Shown: piece after piece, positions 7,001-14,584 of the stretch | How positions within the stretch are numbered: position 1 is the first letter of the stretch | Layout of the letters: each line of letters opens with the position of its first letter | NCBI GenBank assembly: GCA_041640455.1 | Contig: JBEQAF010000055.1 | Span: 1-14,584, forward strand | Length of the DNA: 14,584 nucleotides | Origin: a bacterium | GTDB taxonomy: Bacteria > CALINM01 | Direction of reading: 5' to 3' | Translations under genes and position numbers: made by a program | Notes under the pieces: generated by a model | What the model saw: the letters and a program-made list of their open reading frames with translations, nothing else | Told to the model about the DNA's origin: nothing | Database searches by the model: none

Positions 7001-7855
7001 CTATTCCTTTGCTGTTACCAGATATCCTGAAAACAGGATAAGCAGCCCGCCTATGATGGTTTTAATTGTAATGGATTCTTTAAAAAATATAAAGCCCCAT
7101 ATTATGGTGCCGAGAGGCTCAAAATAACCTATAATAGATACCCTGATCCCCTCAATCAGTTTAAGAGAACGCATATAAAGTTCTGATGCTATTAGAGAAT
7201 ATAAAAAAGCCAGCCCACCCAGAATAAGAAAGTGTCTTAAATTAATATCAAAATTAACAAAAGGGATTAATGTAAAAATAATCAGTGAACTGAAAATATT
7301 CTGATAAAAAAGCAGTACCTCCTCTCTTGCTCTAAGCAGCGTCTTCTTGGCTATGATGATTATTACTCCATAAAACAATCCCGAAGCCAGCCCTAACAGG
7401 GCACCCTTTACATAATCTCCGCCAATATTCTCTCTGTTATAAAATATAAACACAAACCCCAGTAGAGACAGGATAAGTCCGGCTAATATCCTTGCTGTGA
7501 GTTTTTCCTTTAGGAATATCGGTGCCAGAATGGCAACAAAAACTGGAGCTGTATAGTGGGTTAGAACCGCAACAGCTGCAGTGGTATATCTCAGGGCACC
7601 CAGATATGTGAGCATATTTAACACAAAAAATATTGCCAGTGATACCAATAGATACAGCTGTTTTCTATTAAGGTAGAAAAGAGAATTAGAGATCAAAAAT
7701 AACCTTATACCCCAGAAAAATGAAGCCCACAGGCAGATAACAAAGCTTATGGTTATGGGGTTAAGATTTAATAATCTTACAGGGATTACCCATGAACTCC
7801 AGATTAAAAAGGCACCTATAAGCTGGAAAAAAGGCAGATAACCATTTTTCATCAA
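7001..7855 (-). CDS. DMT/EamA family transporter (start TTG 7855 or ATG 7852)
   Basis: 284 aa with about 10 transmembrane segments; two EamA repeats (YTAPVFVAILAPIFLKEK and YFEPLGTIIWGFIFFKES). Confidence 0.9.
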   Translation of the reverse strand: MMKNGYLPFFQLIGAFLIWSSWVIPVRLLNLNPITISFVICLWASFFWGIRLFLISNSLFYLNRKQLYLLVSLAIFFVLNMLTYLGALRYTTAAVAVLTHYTAPVFVAILAPIFLKEKLTARILAGLILSLLGFVFIFYNRENIGGDYVKGALLGLASGLFYGVIIIIAKKTLLRAREEVLLFYQNIFSSLIIFTLIPFVNFDINLRHFLILGGLAFLYSLIASELYMRSLKLIEGIRVSIIGYFEPLGTIIWGFIFFKESITIKTIIGGLLILFSGYLVTAKE

Positions 7856-8605
7856 CTATTTGTCTTTTTTTCCAATAAATGCGGTTAAAAGATCCATAGG
7901 CAGAGGAAAAACAATGGTTGTATTATGCTCTGATGATATCTCTACGAGGGTCTGCAGATATCTTAGCTGTAAGGTTATAGGGTTCTGAGCCAGTATATTT
8001 GATGCATCAGAAAGCATATTTGCCGCCTGCAGTTCACCCTCTGCATTAATAATCTTCGCCCTTCTCTCTCTTTCCGCTTCAGCCTGTCTTGCCATAGCTC
8101 TCTGCATCTCCTGTGGCAGATCTATCTGTTTAAGCTCCACATTATTAACCTTTACTCCCCATGGCTCGGTCTGAATATCCAGTATCTTCTGTAGAGCTTC
8201 ATTAATCCTTTCTCTTTCTGCAAGAAGTTTGTCCAGCTCTTCCTGACCACAGACACTTCTTAAAGTGGTCTGAGCAAGCTGTGATGTGGCATAATGATAA
8301 TTTTCCACACTTAGAATTGCCTTTACAGGATCTACTACACGGAAATAAACAACCGCATTTACCTTCACTGAAACATTATCTTTTGTGATAACATCCTGAG
8401 GAGGGACATCTAAGGTTACGGTTCTAAGGCTAACTTTTACTATCCTATCAATACCCATTGGCAGAAGTATAATTATTCCCGGACCTTTGCTACCTATGCA
8501 TCTTCCAAGTCTGAATATTACTCCTCTCTCATATTCGGTGACCACTCTTAATATGCTACCTAAAAAGAATATTATAAGGATAAGAACGATTAAATAAAAA
8601 ATCAT
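7856..8605 (-). CDS. SPFH/band 7 stomatin-like (slipin) protein
   Basis: 249 aa; N-terminal transmembrane helix, [32 protein letters not shown] and [15 protein letters not shown] motifs; SD AGGAGG upstream. Confidence 0.95.
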   Translation of the reverse strand: MIFYLIVLILIIFFLGSILRVVTEYERGVIFRLGRCIGSKGPGIIILLPMGIDRIVKVSLRTVTLDVPPQDVITKDNVSVKVNAVVYFRVVDPVKAILSVENYHYATSQLAQTTLRSVCGQEELDKLLAERERINEALQKILDIQTEPWGVKVNNVELKQIDLPQEMQRAMARQAEAERERRAKIINAEGELQAANMLSDASNILAQNPITLQLRYLQTLVEISSEHNTTIVFPLPMDLLTAFIGKKDK

Positions 8606-8626
8606 AACCCCTCCTGAACTGCGCTG

Positions 8627-10036
8627 TTATTTTTTAGAAAGTTTCTGTTTTTTTACCACCGATTCAACTGCATCGGCTACAGCTTTGGGCACTCTCTTAT
8701 CAAAAGGGGACGGAATTATGTAATCCTCATTTAGTTCCGATGCCTTAACTAAACCCGATATGGCCTGAGCTGCGGCTATTTTCATCTCATAGGTAATCTT
8801 TTTTGCCCGAGAATCCAGAAGACCTCTAAAAAATCCCGGGAAACAAAGCACATTGTTTATCTGATTGGGATAATCTGATCTTCCTGTCGCTATTATTCTT
8901 GCAAATGGCTGAGCTTCTTCGGGCATAATCTCAGGGATGGGATTTGCCATAGCAAAAACAATGGCGTCCTTTGCCATTTTTTTTATATCTTCAACATTAA
9001 GCAGGTTTGGTCCAGATGTTCCTATAAAAATATCTGCACCGTCTATGACTTCATGAACAGAGCCTTTCATCTTTTTGGCGTTGGTAATCTCCGCTAACTC
9101 CTCCTTATAGCTGTTCATGCCTTCTTTTCTTCCTTTGTAAATAGCTCCTTTGCTATCACAGACAATTACCTTTTTGGGATCTACTCCGGCTTTAATAAAT
9201 AGCTTTATGCAGGCAATTCCTGCGGCACCTGCACCTGAGGTGACGATTCTTATATTGTTTATATCCTTTTTTACTATTTTAAGTGCATTATACAGGGCTG
9301 CAAGTGCAACTACAGCAGTTCCATGCTGGTCATCATGGAAAACCGGTATATCAAGCTCATTTCTCAGTCTATCCTCAATTTCGAAACATCTCGGAGCAGA
9401 GATATCTTCTAAATTAATGCCACCAAAAACTGGTGCTATGGTTTTAATAACCTTTATAATCTCTTCTGTATTTTTGGTATCAAGACAGACAGGAAAGGCA
9501 TCTACATCAGCAAACTGCTTAAAAAGCATGCATTTGCCTTCCATGACCGGGAGAGCGGCAGAAGGACCTATATCGCCCAGCCCAAGAACTGCTGTCCCAT
9601 CGGTAATTACCGCAACCATGTTACCCTTTATGGTATAGTTATATACATGATGGGGATGTTTGTGAATGTCCATACAGACTCTTGCTACGCCTGGCGTGTA
9701 AACCATAGAAAGATCGTCTCTGTTGTTTATAGGATGCTTCAGCTTAATTGATATTTTACCCCCATGGTGGACAGAAAATGTCCTATCGGTTACATGCTTT
9801 ATTACTACTCCAGGAATACCTCTGAGTTTATTAATTATCTCATGAATATGTTCTGTATTTGATGCGGAAAAATTAATATCCCTTATTATGGTATTTTTAG
9901 TAAGCTTAAAGATATCTATGGAACCAATATCACCGCCCGCTTCTCCAATCGTAGAGGTAATCTTTCCCAACATACCGACCTGATTGGGATATTCAATCCT
10001 AACCGCCACACTGAAACTGGGGGTGGGTTTATACAT
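8627..10036 (-). CDS. NAD(P)-dependent malic enzyme with N-terminal ACT domain
   Basis: 469 aa; YTPGVA, TDGTAVLGLGDIG, NLEDI, FHDDQHGTA, GAGAAG and ATGRSDYPNQINN motifs. About 80 N-terminal residues look ACT-like (PNQVGMLGKI); there is no phosphotransacetylase fusion. Confidence 0.95.
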   Translation of the reverse strand: MYKPTPSFSVAVRIEYPNQVGMLGKITSTIGEAGGDIGSIDIFKLTKNTIIRDINFSASNTEHIHEIINKLRGIPGVVIKHVTDRTFSVHHGGKISIKLKHPINNRDDLSMVYTPGVARVCMDIHKHPHHVYNYTIKGNMVAVITDGTAVLGLGDIGPSAALPVMEGKCMLFKQFADVDAFPVCLDTKNTEEIIKVIKTIAPVFGGINLEDISAPRCFEIEDRLRNELDIPVFHDDQHGTAVVALAALYNALKIVKKDINNIRIVTSGAGAAGIACIKLFIKAGVDPKKVIVCDSKGAIYKGRKEGMNSYKEELAEITNAKKMKGSVHEVIDGADIFIGTSGPNLLNVEDIKKMAKDAIVFAMANPIPEIMPEEAQPFARIIATGRSDYPNQINNVLCFPGFFRGLLDSRAKKITYEMKIAAAQAISGLVKASELNEDYIIPSPFDKRVPKAVADAVESVVKKQKLSKK

Positions 10037-10042
10037 ATTAAA

Positions 10043-10051
10043 ATTATATCA
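10043..10051 (-). promoter_or_regulatory. Extended -10 of a probable leaderless promoter for the malic enzyme operon
   Basis: TGATATAAT lies 6 nt before the ATG; there is no SD. Confidence 0.6.
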
Positions 10052-10120
10052 GAAAATGAAAGAATAAAAACACTATATTTTATAGGTCTTTGGCTTTATA
10101 ATACTCATTATTTTTAATCT

Positions 10121-11251
10121 ATGGAGATAAGAAATCTTTTTATAATCATATTTGCTGCCATAGTTTCAGTTTGCGCTCTATACGCACCTCAACCAGTTTT
10201 ACCTATCATAGCAAAGACATTTGTGATAGAAAAAACAAAAGCCTCTCTTTTAATGACCTTTACCCTTATCCCCTTTTTTATAACTCCCATATTTTATGGT
10301 TTTCTGCTAAATATTATCCCATCACGAATAATTCTTCTTACATGCCTTCTCCTCCTTTCTATCTCAGAGCTTCTATTCTATCTCTCAGAATCATTTTCTG
10401 CTTTGCTTATCATCAGACTTTTTCAGGGTTTTATTATCCCGGCTGTGCTAACCTCTGCGGTAACCTTTATCTCAAAAAAATATCAACATGCTCTCCAGAG
10501 AACTCTCTCTATTTATATATCATCAACCCTTCTTGGAGGTTTTTTAGGTAGATTCCTGTCAGGAATTATGGCGGGATACTACGATAATTACAAATTATTT
10601 TTTCTTGTTCTCGCTTTTGCATCAATGGCAAGCTTTTTTTTGATTCTATATCTTAAAGAAGAAAGAATATTGAGATCTGAAAAGGCCTCTTTTTTTAAAA
10701 TTTCAGATCTGAAGGAGCTAAATGTTAAGGTTCAGTTTATAATACCCTTTACAATCTTTTTTGTATTTACGGCTATTTTAAACTATATTCCTTTCAGAAT
10801 TTTTGAGCTAAAAGCTAATAATGCAAGCTTTCTGGTAAGTTTTATCTATGCAGGATACCTGGCAGGAATGACATCGGTTCTTAGCTCAACAAACCTAATC
10901 AGGCGTTTTGGCTCTGAGAAGTCTTTAATACTTTATGTGCTAACAGTTTATATAATTGGCTGTTTACTACTGCTGTTTTCCAATATTGTTGTAATATTTA
11001 TCTCCATATTTACCATATGTGCCTGTATGTTTCTAACCCATGCAGCTGCTTCTGGTTATGTAAATAGAACATCTAATAATAAAGGGCTTGCTAACGGTAT
11101 TTATGTATCAGTTTATTATGCCGGGGCAGCCTTAGGTGCTCAGCTGCCCGGTTTTGTTTATAGTAGGTTTGGATGGGATATCTTTTTAATAGTTAACGCA
11201 ATAATTTTAATTATACTTCTTCTTTTAACATCGATAATGCGGTTTGATTAA
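10121..11251 (+). CDS. MFS transporter, YnfM-like
   Basis: 376 aa with about 12 transmembrane segments; LYAPQPVLP, RLFQG, GGFLGRFLSG, NYIPFR and GIYVSVYYAG motifs typical of YnfM-type MFS proteins. Confidence 0.85.
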   Translation: MEIRNLFIIIFAAIVSVCALYAPQPVLPIIAKTFVIEKTKASLLMTFTLIPFFITPIFYGFLLNIIPSRIILLTCLLLLSISELLFYLSESFSALLIIRLFQGFIIPAVLTSAVTFISKKYQHALQRTLSIYISSTLLGGFLGRFLSGIMAGYYDNYKLFFLVLAFASMASFFLILYLKEERILRSEKASFFKISDLKELNVKVQFIIPFTIFFVFTAILNYIPFRIFELKANNASFLVSFIYAGYLAGMTSVLSSTNLIRRFGSEKSLILYVLTVYIIGCLLLLFSNIVVIFISIFTICACMFLTHAAASGYVNRTSNNKGLANGIYVSVYYAGAALGAQLPGFVYSRFGWDIFLIVNAIILIILLLLTSIMRFD

Positions 11252-12996
11252 AAATCCTCAGTATTTCTGCCTCTCCACTGGTTTATCTTTCTTTTCAAAG
11301 GCGTAAGCCATGCGAAACCTAATACATAAGAATAGATAAATGTAGCAACTATGATTAATGCAAAATGTAACACGATCGTCTTTGCATCAGCCTGTAAAGT
11401 AAATGCGGGAACATAGGCAAAAAGAAAGGGAGCCAGATATAAAAATTTAGCAAATATAAAGGATGAAAAGGCTGTTTTCCACATGTTTGCGCCGGCAATA
11501 GTAGCTCCCGCAAAGGCAGCAACGCATACTGGCGGAGTAATATTAGAATCCTGAGAGAGCCAGTAAACTATCATATGAGCTGCGATTGGACTTACACCAA
11601 AATGGGTAAGTGCAGGCACTGCCACAACCGCCGTAATCAGATAAGCCGCTGTAACAGGGACACCCATTCCAAGCACCAGAGAGGCTAAAGCAATTAATAT
11701 AATAGTAAGGAATAGACTTCCACCTGAAAGTTTAATCATTATATCTGCAAAGGTCAGAACCAGACCGCTGAATGTAAGAACAGATATAATAATTCCTATG
11801 ACGCCAATGGTTGCTCCTATGGTGAGACTGCTCTCTGTTCCGCTTCTTGCTGCTTCAAGCACCTCTTTTAACCCTATTCTTGTTTCCTTTTTAAACCAGC
11901 TTATTACTATACAGGATACTATCCCGAGTGCAGCAGAAAAACCTGCCGAATACCCCATTAACAACACTGCTGTTATAACCACAAGTGGCAAAATATAATA
12001 CCACTCTTTTTTCAGTATCTCCCATGCGCTTATTTTAGATTTTTCACCCACAATATTGTTATTTTTTGCATAATAATGAACCATCACAAAGACACTAAAG
12101 AAATACATAATTGCCGGGAACATTGATATAAGCATTATCTTAGAATAAGGTATACCTGTAAGCTCTGCCATAATAAAGCCACCGGCACCCATTATGGGAG
12201 GCATAAACATACCGCCTATAGATGCAGCAGGCTCTATGGCTCCAGCAACGTGAGGTTTAAAACCGCATTTTTTCATTAGTGGGATGGTAAAGGTACCTGT
12301 TGAAACAGTATTTGCTATAGCGCTTCCAGATATACTTCCAAAAAGGGCACTTGCCACAACTGCCACTTTTCCAGGTCCACCTACTCTGTGCCCCACTGCT
12401 GCAACTGGAAGGTCAATAAAGAATTTCTGGGCTCCAGATCTCTCAAGAAAGGCTCCAAAATATACAAAAAGAAGCACATAGGTGGCTACAACATCAGCCA
12501 TGATTCCAAAGACACCATCACTTTTATAGAAAATAGTTGTACACATGCCAGCAAAGGTATCTCCAGGATGGGCAAAAAGCTCTGGCATATATTTACCGTA
12601 AACTCCATATAGTAGAATAGCTAACCCAAGCAGTAAAAATACAAAACCTACAACCCTTCGTGCTACCTCAATCCCAACTAAAACGCCTACTACAGCTATT
12701 ATCTTGTCTAACTGAGTTTCTGCGCCAGTTCTGTAGTTGATTACTGCAAAGTTTTTTATCCAGTAGCCTACGGTAAGGGCAGAGATAACAATAAGCAGAT
12801 AGTCTACAACTCTAAGATATTTGTTCTTTGACTTGTAAAGAAGAAAAACCAGTATATAACATACAAAAACATATATGCCCCTGTGATACTGCATGGCTGC
12901 AGGTTTTACAACAGCTGAAAAGGTGTAAAAAAGTAAAAGCCCAATAGAGAAAAAATCAAATATTATTTTTTCAACCTTGTTTAATTTATCAAACAC
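11248..12996 (-). CDS. TAXI-type TRAP transporter fused permease (4TM/12TM)
   Basis: GGPGKVAVVASALFGSISGSAIAN, TGTFTIPLMKK, GGMFMPPIMGAGGF, LGMGVPVTAAY and SNITPPVC motifs. I moved the start from TTG 13017 to the in-frame GTG 12996, which has SD GAGGGGG (13011-13005) 8 nt upstream. Confidence 0.92.
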   Translation of the reverse strand: MFDKLNKVEKIIFDFFSIGLLLFYTFSAVVKPAAMQYHRGIYVFVCYILVFLLYKSKNKYLRVVDYLLIVISALTVGYWIKNFAVINYRTGAETQLDKIIAVVGVLVGIEVARRVVGFVFLLLGLAILLYGVYGKYMPELFAHPGDTFAGMCTTIFYKSDGVFGIMADVVATYVLLFVYFGAFLERSGAQKFFIDLPVAAVGHRVGGPGKVAVVASALFGSISGSAIANTVSTGTFTIPLMKKCGFKPHVAGAIEPAASIGGMFMPPIMGAGGFIMAELTGIPYSKIMLISMFPAIMYFFSVFVMVHYYAKNNNIVGEKSKISAWEILKKEWYYILPLVVITAVLLMGYSAGFSAALGIVSCIVISWFKKETRIGLKEVLEAARSGTESSLTIGATIGVIGIIISVLTFSGLVLTFADIMIKLSGGSLFLTIILIALASLVLGMGVPVTAAYLITAVVAVPALTHFGVSPIAAHMIVYWLSQDSNITPPVCVAAFAGATIAGANMWKTAFSSFIFAKFLYLAPFLFAYVPAFTLQADAKTIVLHFALIIVATFIYSYVLGFAWLTPLKRKINQWRGRNTEDF

Positions 12997-13015
12997 TTCA
13001 CTATCCCCCTCTGAC

Positions 13016-13055
13016 AAAAAAATAGCGGTTAAAATAATTTTAACCGCTATTTTTT
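13016..13055 (-). terminator. Intrinsic terminator or stabilising hairpin between the TAXI and permease genes
   Basis: Perfect 19-bp inverted repeat AAAAAATAGCGGTTAAAAT-A-ATTTTAACCGCTATTTTTT (13017-13055), with a T7 run on the minus strand and T6 on the plus strand. Confidence 0.8.
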
Positions 13056-13070
13056 AGCTTATTAACTTTT

Positions 13071-14054
13071 CTATTTCTTTTTTGGCTTTTTGTCTTCTTT
13101 TATAACACCCATTTCCGTCCAGAATTTAATAGCTCCGGGATGAAGCGGTGTTACAATACCTTTAATTCCGCTTGCCACTGACATTTCTGCTGCTGCCTTA
13201 TGAACGCTTACCATATGAGCTAAGCCTTCCTTACTAAAGACAGTTTTAAGGAGATTGTATACCACATCTTCAGGAACCTCTTTGTTTGTGATCCAGATTA
13301 CCGAATCCTGGTAGGAAATTACGTCTTTTGTCTGACCGCTGTATGTATTAGCAGGGATAATCTCTTTGGCAAGATAGGGGTATTTTTTTATCATGCCAGC
13401 CTGCTCAGCATCGTTATAAACATCTACCAGCTCTATCTTATTCTGCAATGCTGCTTCAATAATTGCTGCATTTGGATAGCCTGCAAATACCCAGAAAGCA
13501 TCTAACTGCTTATTTTTAAAAGCATCTGCAGCCTCTCTGTAGCCTAAAAACTCCTTCTGAATTTTATCCCAAATGCCGATCTCTTTGAAAAATAACTCTG
13601 CTGATGCTGCTGCTCCAGAACCAGGATTGCCAAGCCCTACCTTTTTTCCTGCTAACTGTTTTGCTGACTTAATACCTGAATCAGCCCTAACAACCAGCTG
13701 AGCAGCCGCTCCGTACAAGAAGGCGATAGCATAAACATTATCATATTTGGTTGTATCGTTTATAAACTTTCCTTCTCTACCAGTAAAAATATCTCCAGAG
13801 TTACAAACACCAAAGTCTGCCTTTCCAGAATGAACCAGTCTTACATTTTCGATGGCTCCTCCTGATGAGCTTGCAAGCACATTATAACCTGCATTTTTAG
13901 CCAAGGTAGATATGGCACTTGCAAAATACTGATAAACTCCACCTGAGGGACCACCTGAAAACCTGTAAGTGCGAGCTTCAGAATCCTTTACCAGCGATAC
14001 TGCAAAAATCATTATAAAACTTATAACTGCCAAAAACTTAAGTTTCTTTACCAT
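13071..14054 (-). CDS. TAXI family TRAP transporter solute-binding protein
   Basis: 327 aa; signal peptide, GGPSGGVY, SSGGAIENV, GNPGSG, IPANTYSGQ and PLHPGAIKFW motifs; SD AGGAGG upstream. Confidence 0.94.
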   Translation of the reverse strand: MVKKLKFLAVISFIMIFAVSLVKDSEARTYRFSGGPSGGVYQYFASAISTLAKNAGYNVLASSSGGAIENVRLVHSGKADFGVCNSGDIFTGREGKFINDTTKYDNVYAIAFLYGAAAQLVVRADSGIKSAKQLAGKKVGLGNPGSGAAASAELFFKEIGIWDKIQKEFLGYREAADAFKNKQLDAFWVFAGYPNAAIIEAALQNKIELVDVYNDAEQAGMIKKYPYLAKEIIPANTYSGQTKDVISYQDSVIWITNKEVPEDVVYNLLKTVFSKEGLAHMVSVHKAAAEMSVASGIKGIVTPLHPGAIKFWTEMGVIKEDKKPKKK

Positions 14055-14127
14055 AACCCCTCCTTTTGTTAATATTCAAAAAAATTTTTAGCTTAAAATT
14101 TTTATAATTTACCCTAATGTAAAAAAA

Positions 14128-14156
14128 ATAATAAGCTATTAACTAAAAAAAATCAA
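14128..14156 (-). promoter_or_regulatory. Predicted sigma70 promoter of the TAXI-TRAP operon
   Basis: TTGATT (14156-14151), a 17-nt spacer and TATTAT (14133-14128). The region is AT-rich, so alternative placements are possible. Confidence 0.55.
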
Positions 14157-14173
14157 GTTAGTATTTTTACAAC

Positions 14174-14232
14174 TACCAGATAGGTATAGACATATTAACC
14201 AGTTTGATTTTATTGAAGTAAAAGGAGGTGAA
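14174..14232 (+). repeat. Copy 2 of the perfect 59-bp inverted repeat (isolated IS end or MITE-like remnant)
   Basis: Identical to the reverse complement of 172-230; partial similarity continues about 20 nt further (GGATG...AGGAAAC). Confidence 0.97.
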
Positions 14233-14331
14233 GGCTGGGATGTCAGGAAACTTACCAGTCAGTTTTTAATTTTCTTTTGCAAGCAATATTTACTCTTTCC
14301 ATCGATCTAAATCTTTATGCGTCTTTACTTA

Positions 14332-14584
14332 TCACGCTTCCCTGTAAGCCTCCCACTCAAACCTCTTTATATTTCTCCTTTTCCTATCAAACTCAATACC
14401 TACAAGATATATGGGAAGACCTAAAGACCTGTATTTTTCTGCATAGCCTCTCTCTTTTATCTGCTTGAGCGCACTACCCTCTACCTTACCCTTTATCAGC
14501 TTAAACTCAAAAATAAATACCCCGTGTCTCATAACTACCGCCATGTCTATCTTGCCATAACTGGTCGTATCCTCACATCTCACA
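14332..14584 (-). CDS. C-terminal PD-(D/E)XK nuclease domain (PDDEXK_9-like), probably from an AAA-ATPase-like/nuclease fusion; 5'-truncated by the window
   Basis: E..TSYGKIDM...IFEFK...ALKQIKERGYAEKY...LVGIEFD pattern; the frame is open to the right edge, so the ORF-track start is an edge artefact. Confidence 0.85.
   Translation of the reverse strand, partial: VRCEDTTSYGKIDMAVVMRHGVFIFEFKLIKGKVEGSALKQIKERGYAEKYRSLGLPIYLVGIEFDRKRRNIKRFEWEAYREA

Noticed and set aside
9150..9638. 162-aa plus-strand ORF
   Set aside because: Antisense shadow of the conserved malic enzyme core; Ser/Ala/Thr-rich composition typical of shadow frames.
10090..10106. Possible sigma54 -24/-12 promoter (TGGCTTTATAATACT) before the MFS gene
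   Set aside because: It lacks the GC at GG-N10-GC spacing; the embedded TATAAT fits a sigma70 -10 better.
10171..12612. ORFs 10171-10551, 11798-11998, 12284-12481 and 12388-12612
   Set aside because: Alternate-frame or antisense overlaps of the MFS and TRAP permease genes with no independent support.
8603..14064. Identical 13-mer AGGAGGGGTTATG at the SPFH and TAXI gene starts
   Set aside because: Explained by a shared SD plus start codon; too short to imply duplication.
172..14232. The entire block as a composite transposon or tRNA-integrated genomic island
   Set aside because: The sharp repeat termini face the interior, so the element bodies point outward. The cargo is housekeeping-like, and there is no integrase, duplicated tRNA 3' end or flanking target duplication.
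14277..14468. 63-aa plus-strand ORF
   Set aside because: Mostly antisense to the PD-(D/E)XK nuclease domain, with a TTG start and no SD.

Overview
AT-rich, tightly packed bacterial chromosomal segment. From left to right it holds: the start of a gene running off the left edge (possibly an IS transposase); a sigma70 promoter driving tRNA-Lys(UUU), tRNA-Glu(UUC) and a CX4CX2C radical SAM gene; a convergent minus-strand operon of a MoaD/ThiS-like sulfur carrier, sensor kinase, sigma54 response regulator and U32-family protein; a minus-strand operon of an ACT-domain malic enzyme, SPFH/stomatin protein, EamA/DMT transporter and GDT1/UPF0016 transporter; a YnfM-like MFS transporter; a TAXI-TRAP transporter pair; and the 3' end of a PD-(D/E)XK nuclease gene. 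The most striking unexplained structure is a perfect 59-bp inverted repeat (172-230 and 14174-14232) bracketing about 13.9 kb. Each copy faces outward and ends exactly 17 nt upstream of a predicted -35 hexamer, which suggests a promoter-targeting mobile element. Several operon-leading genes also look leaderless. Product calls come from motif recognition only; no database searches were run.
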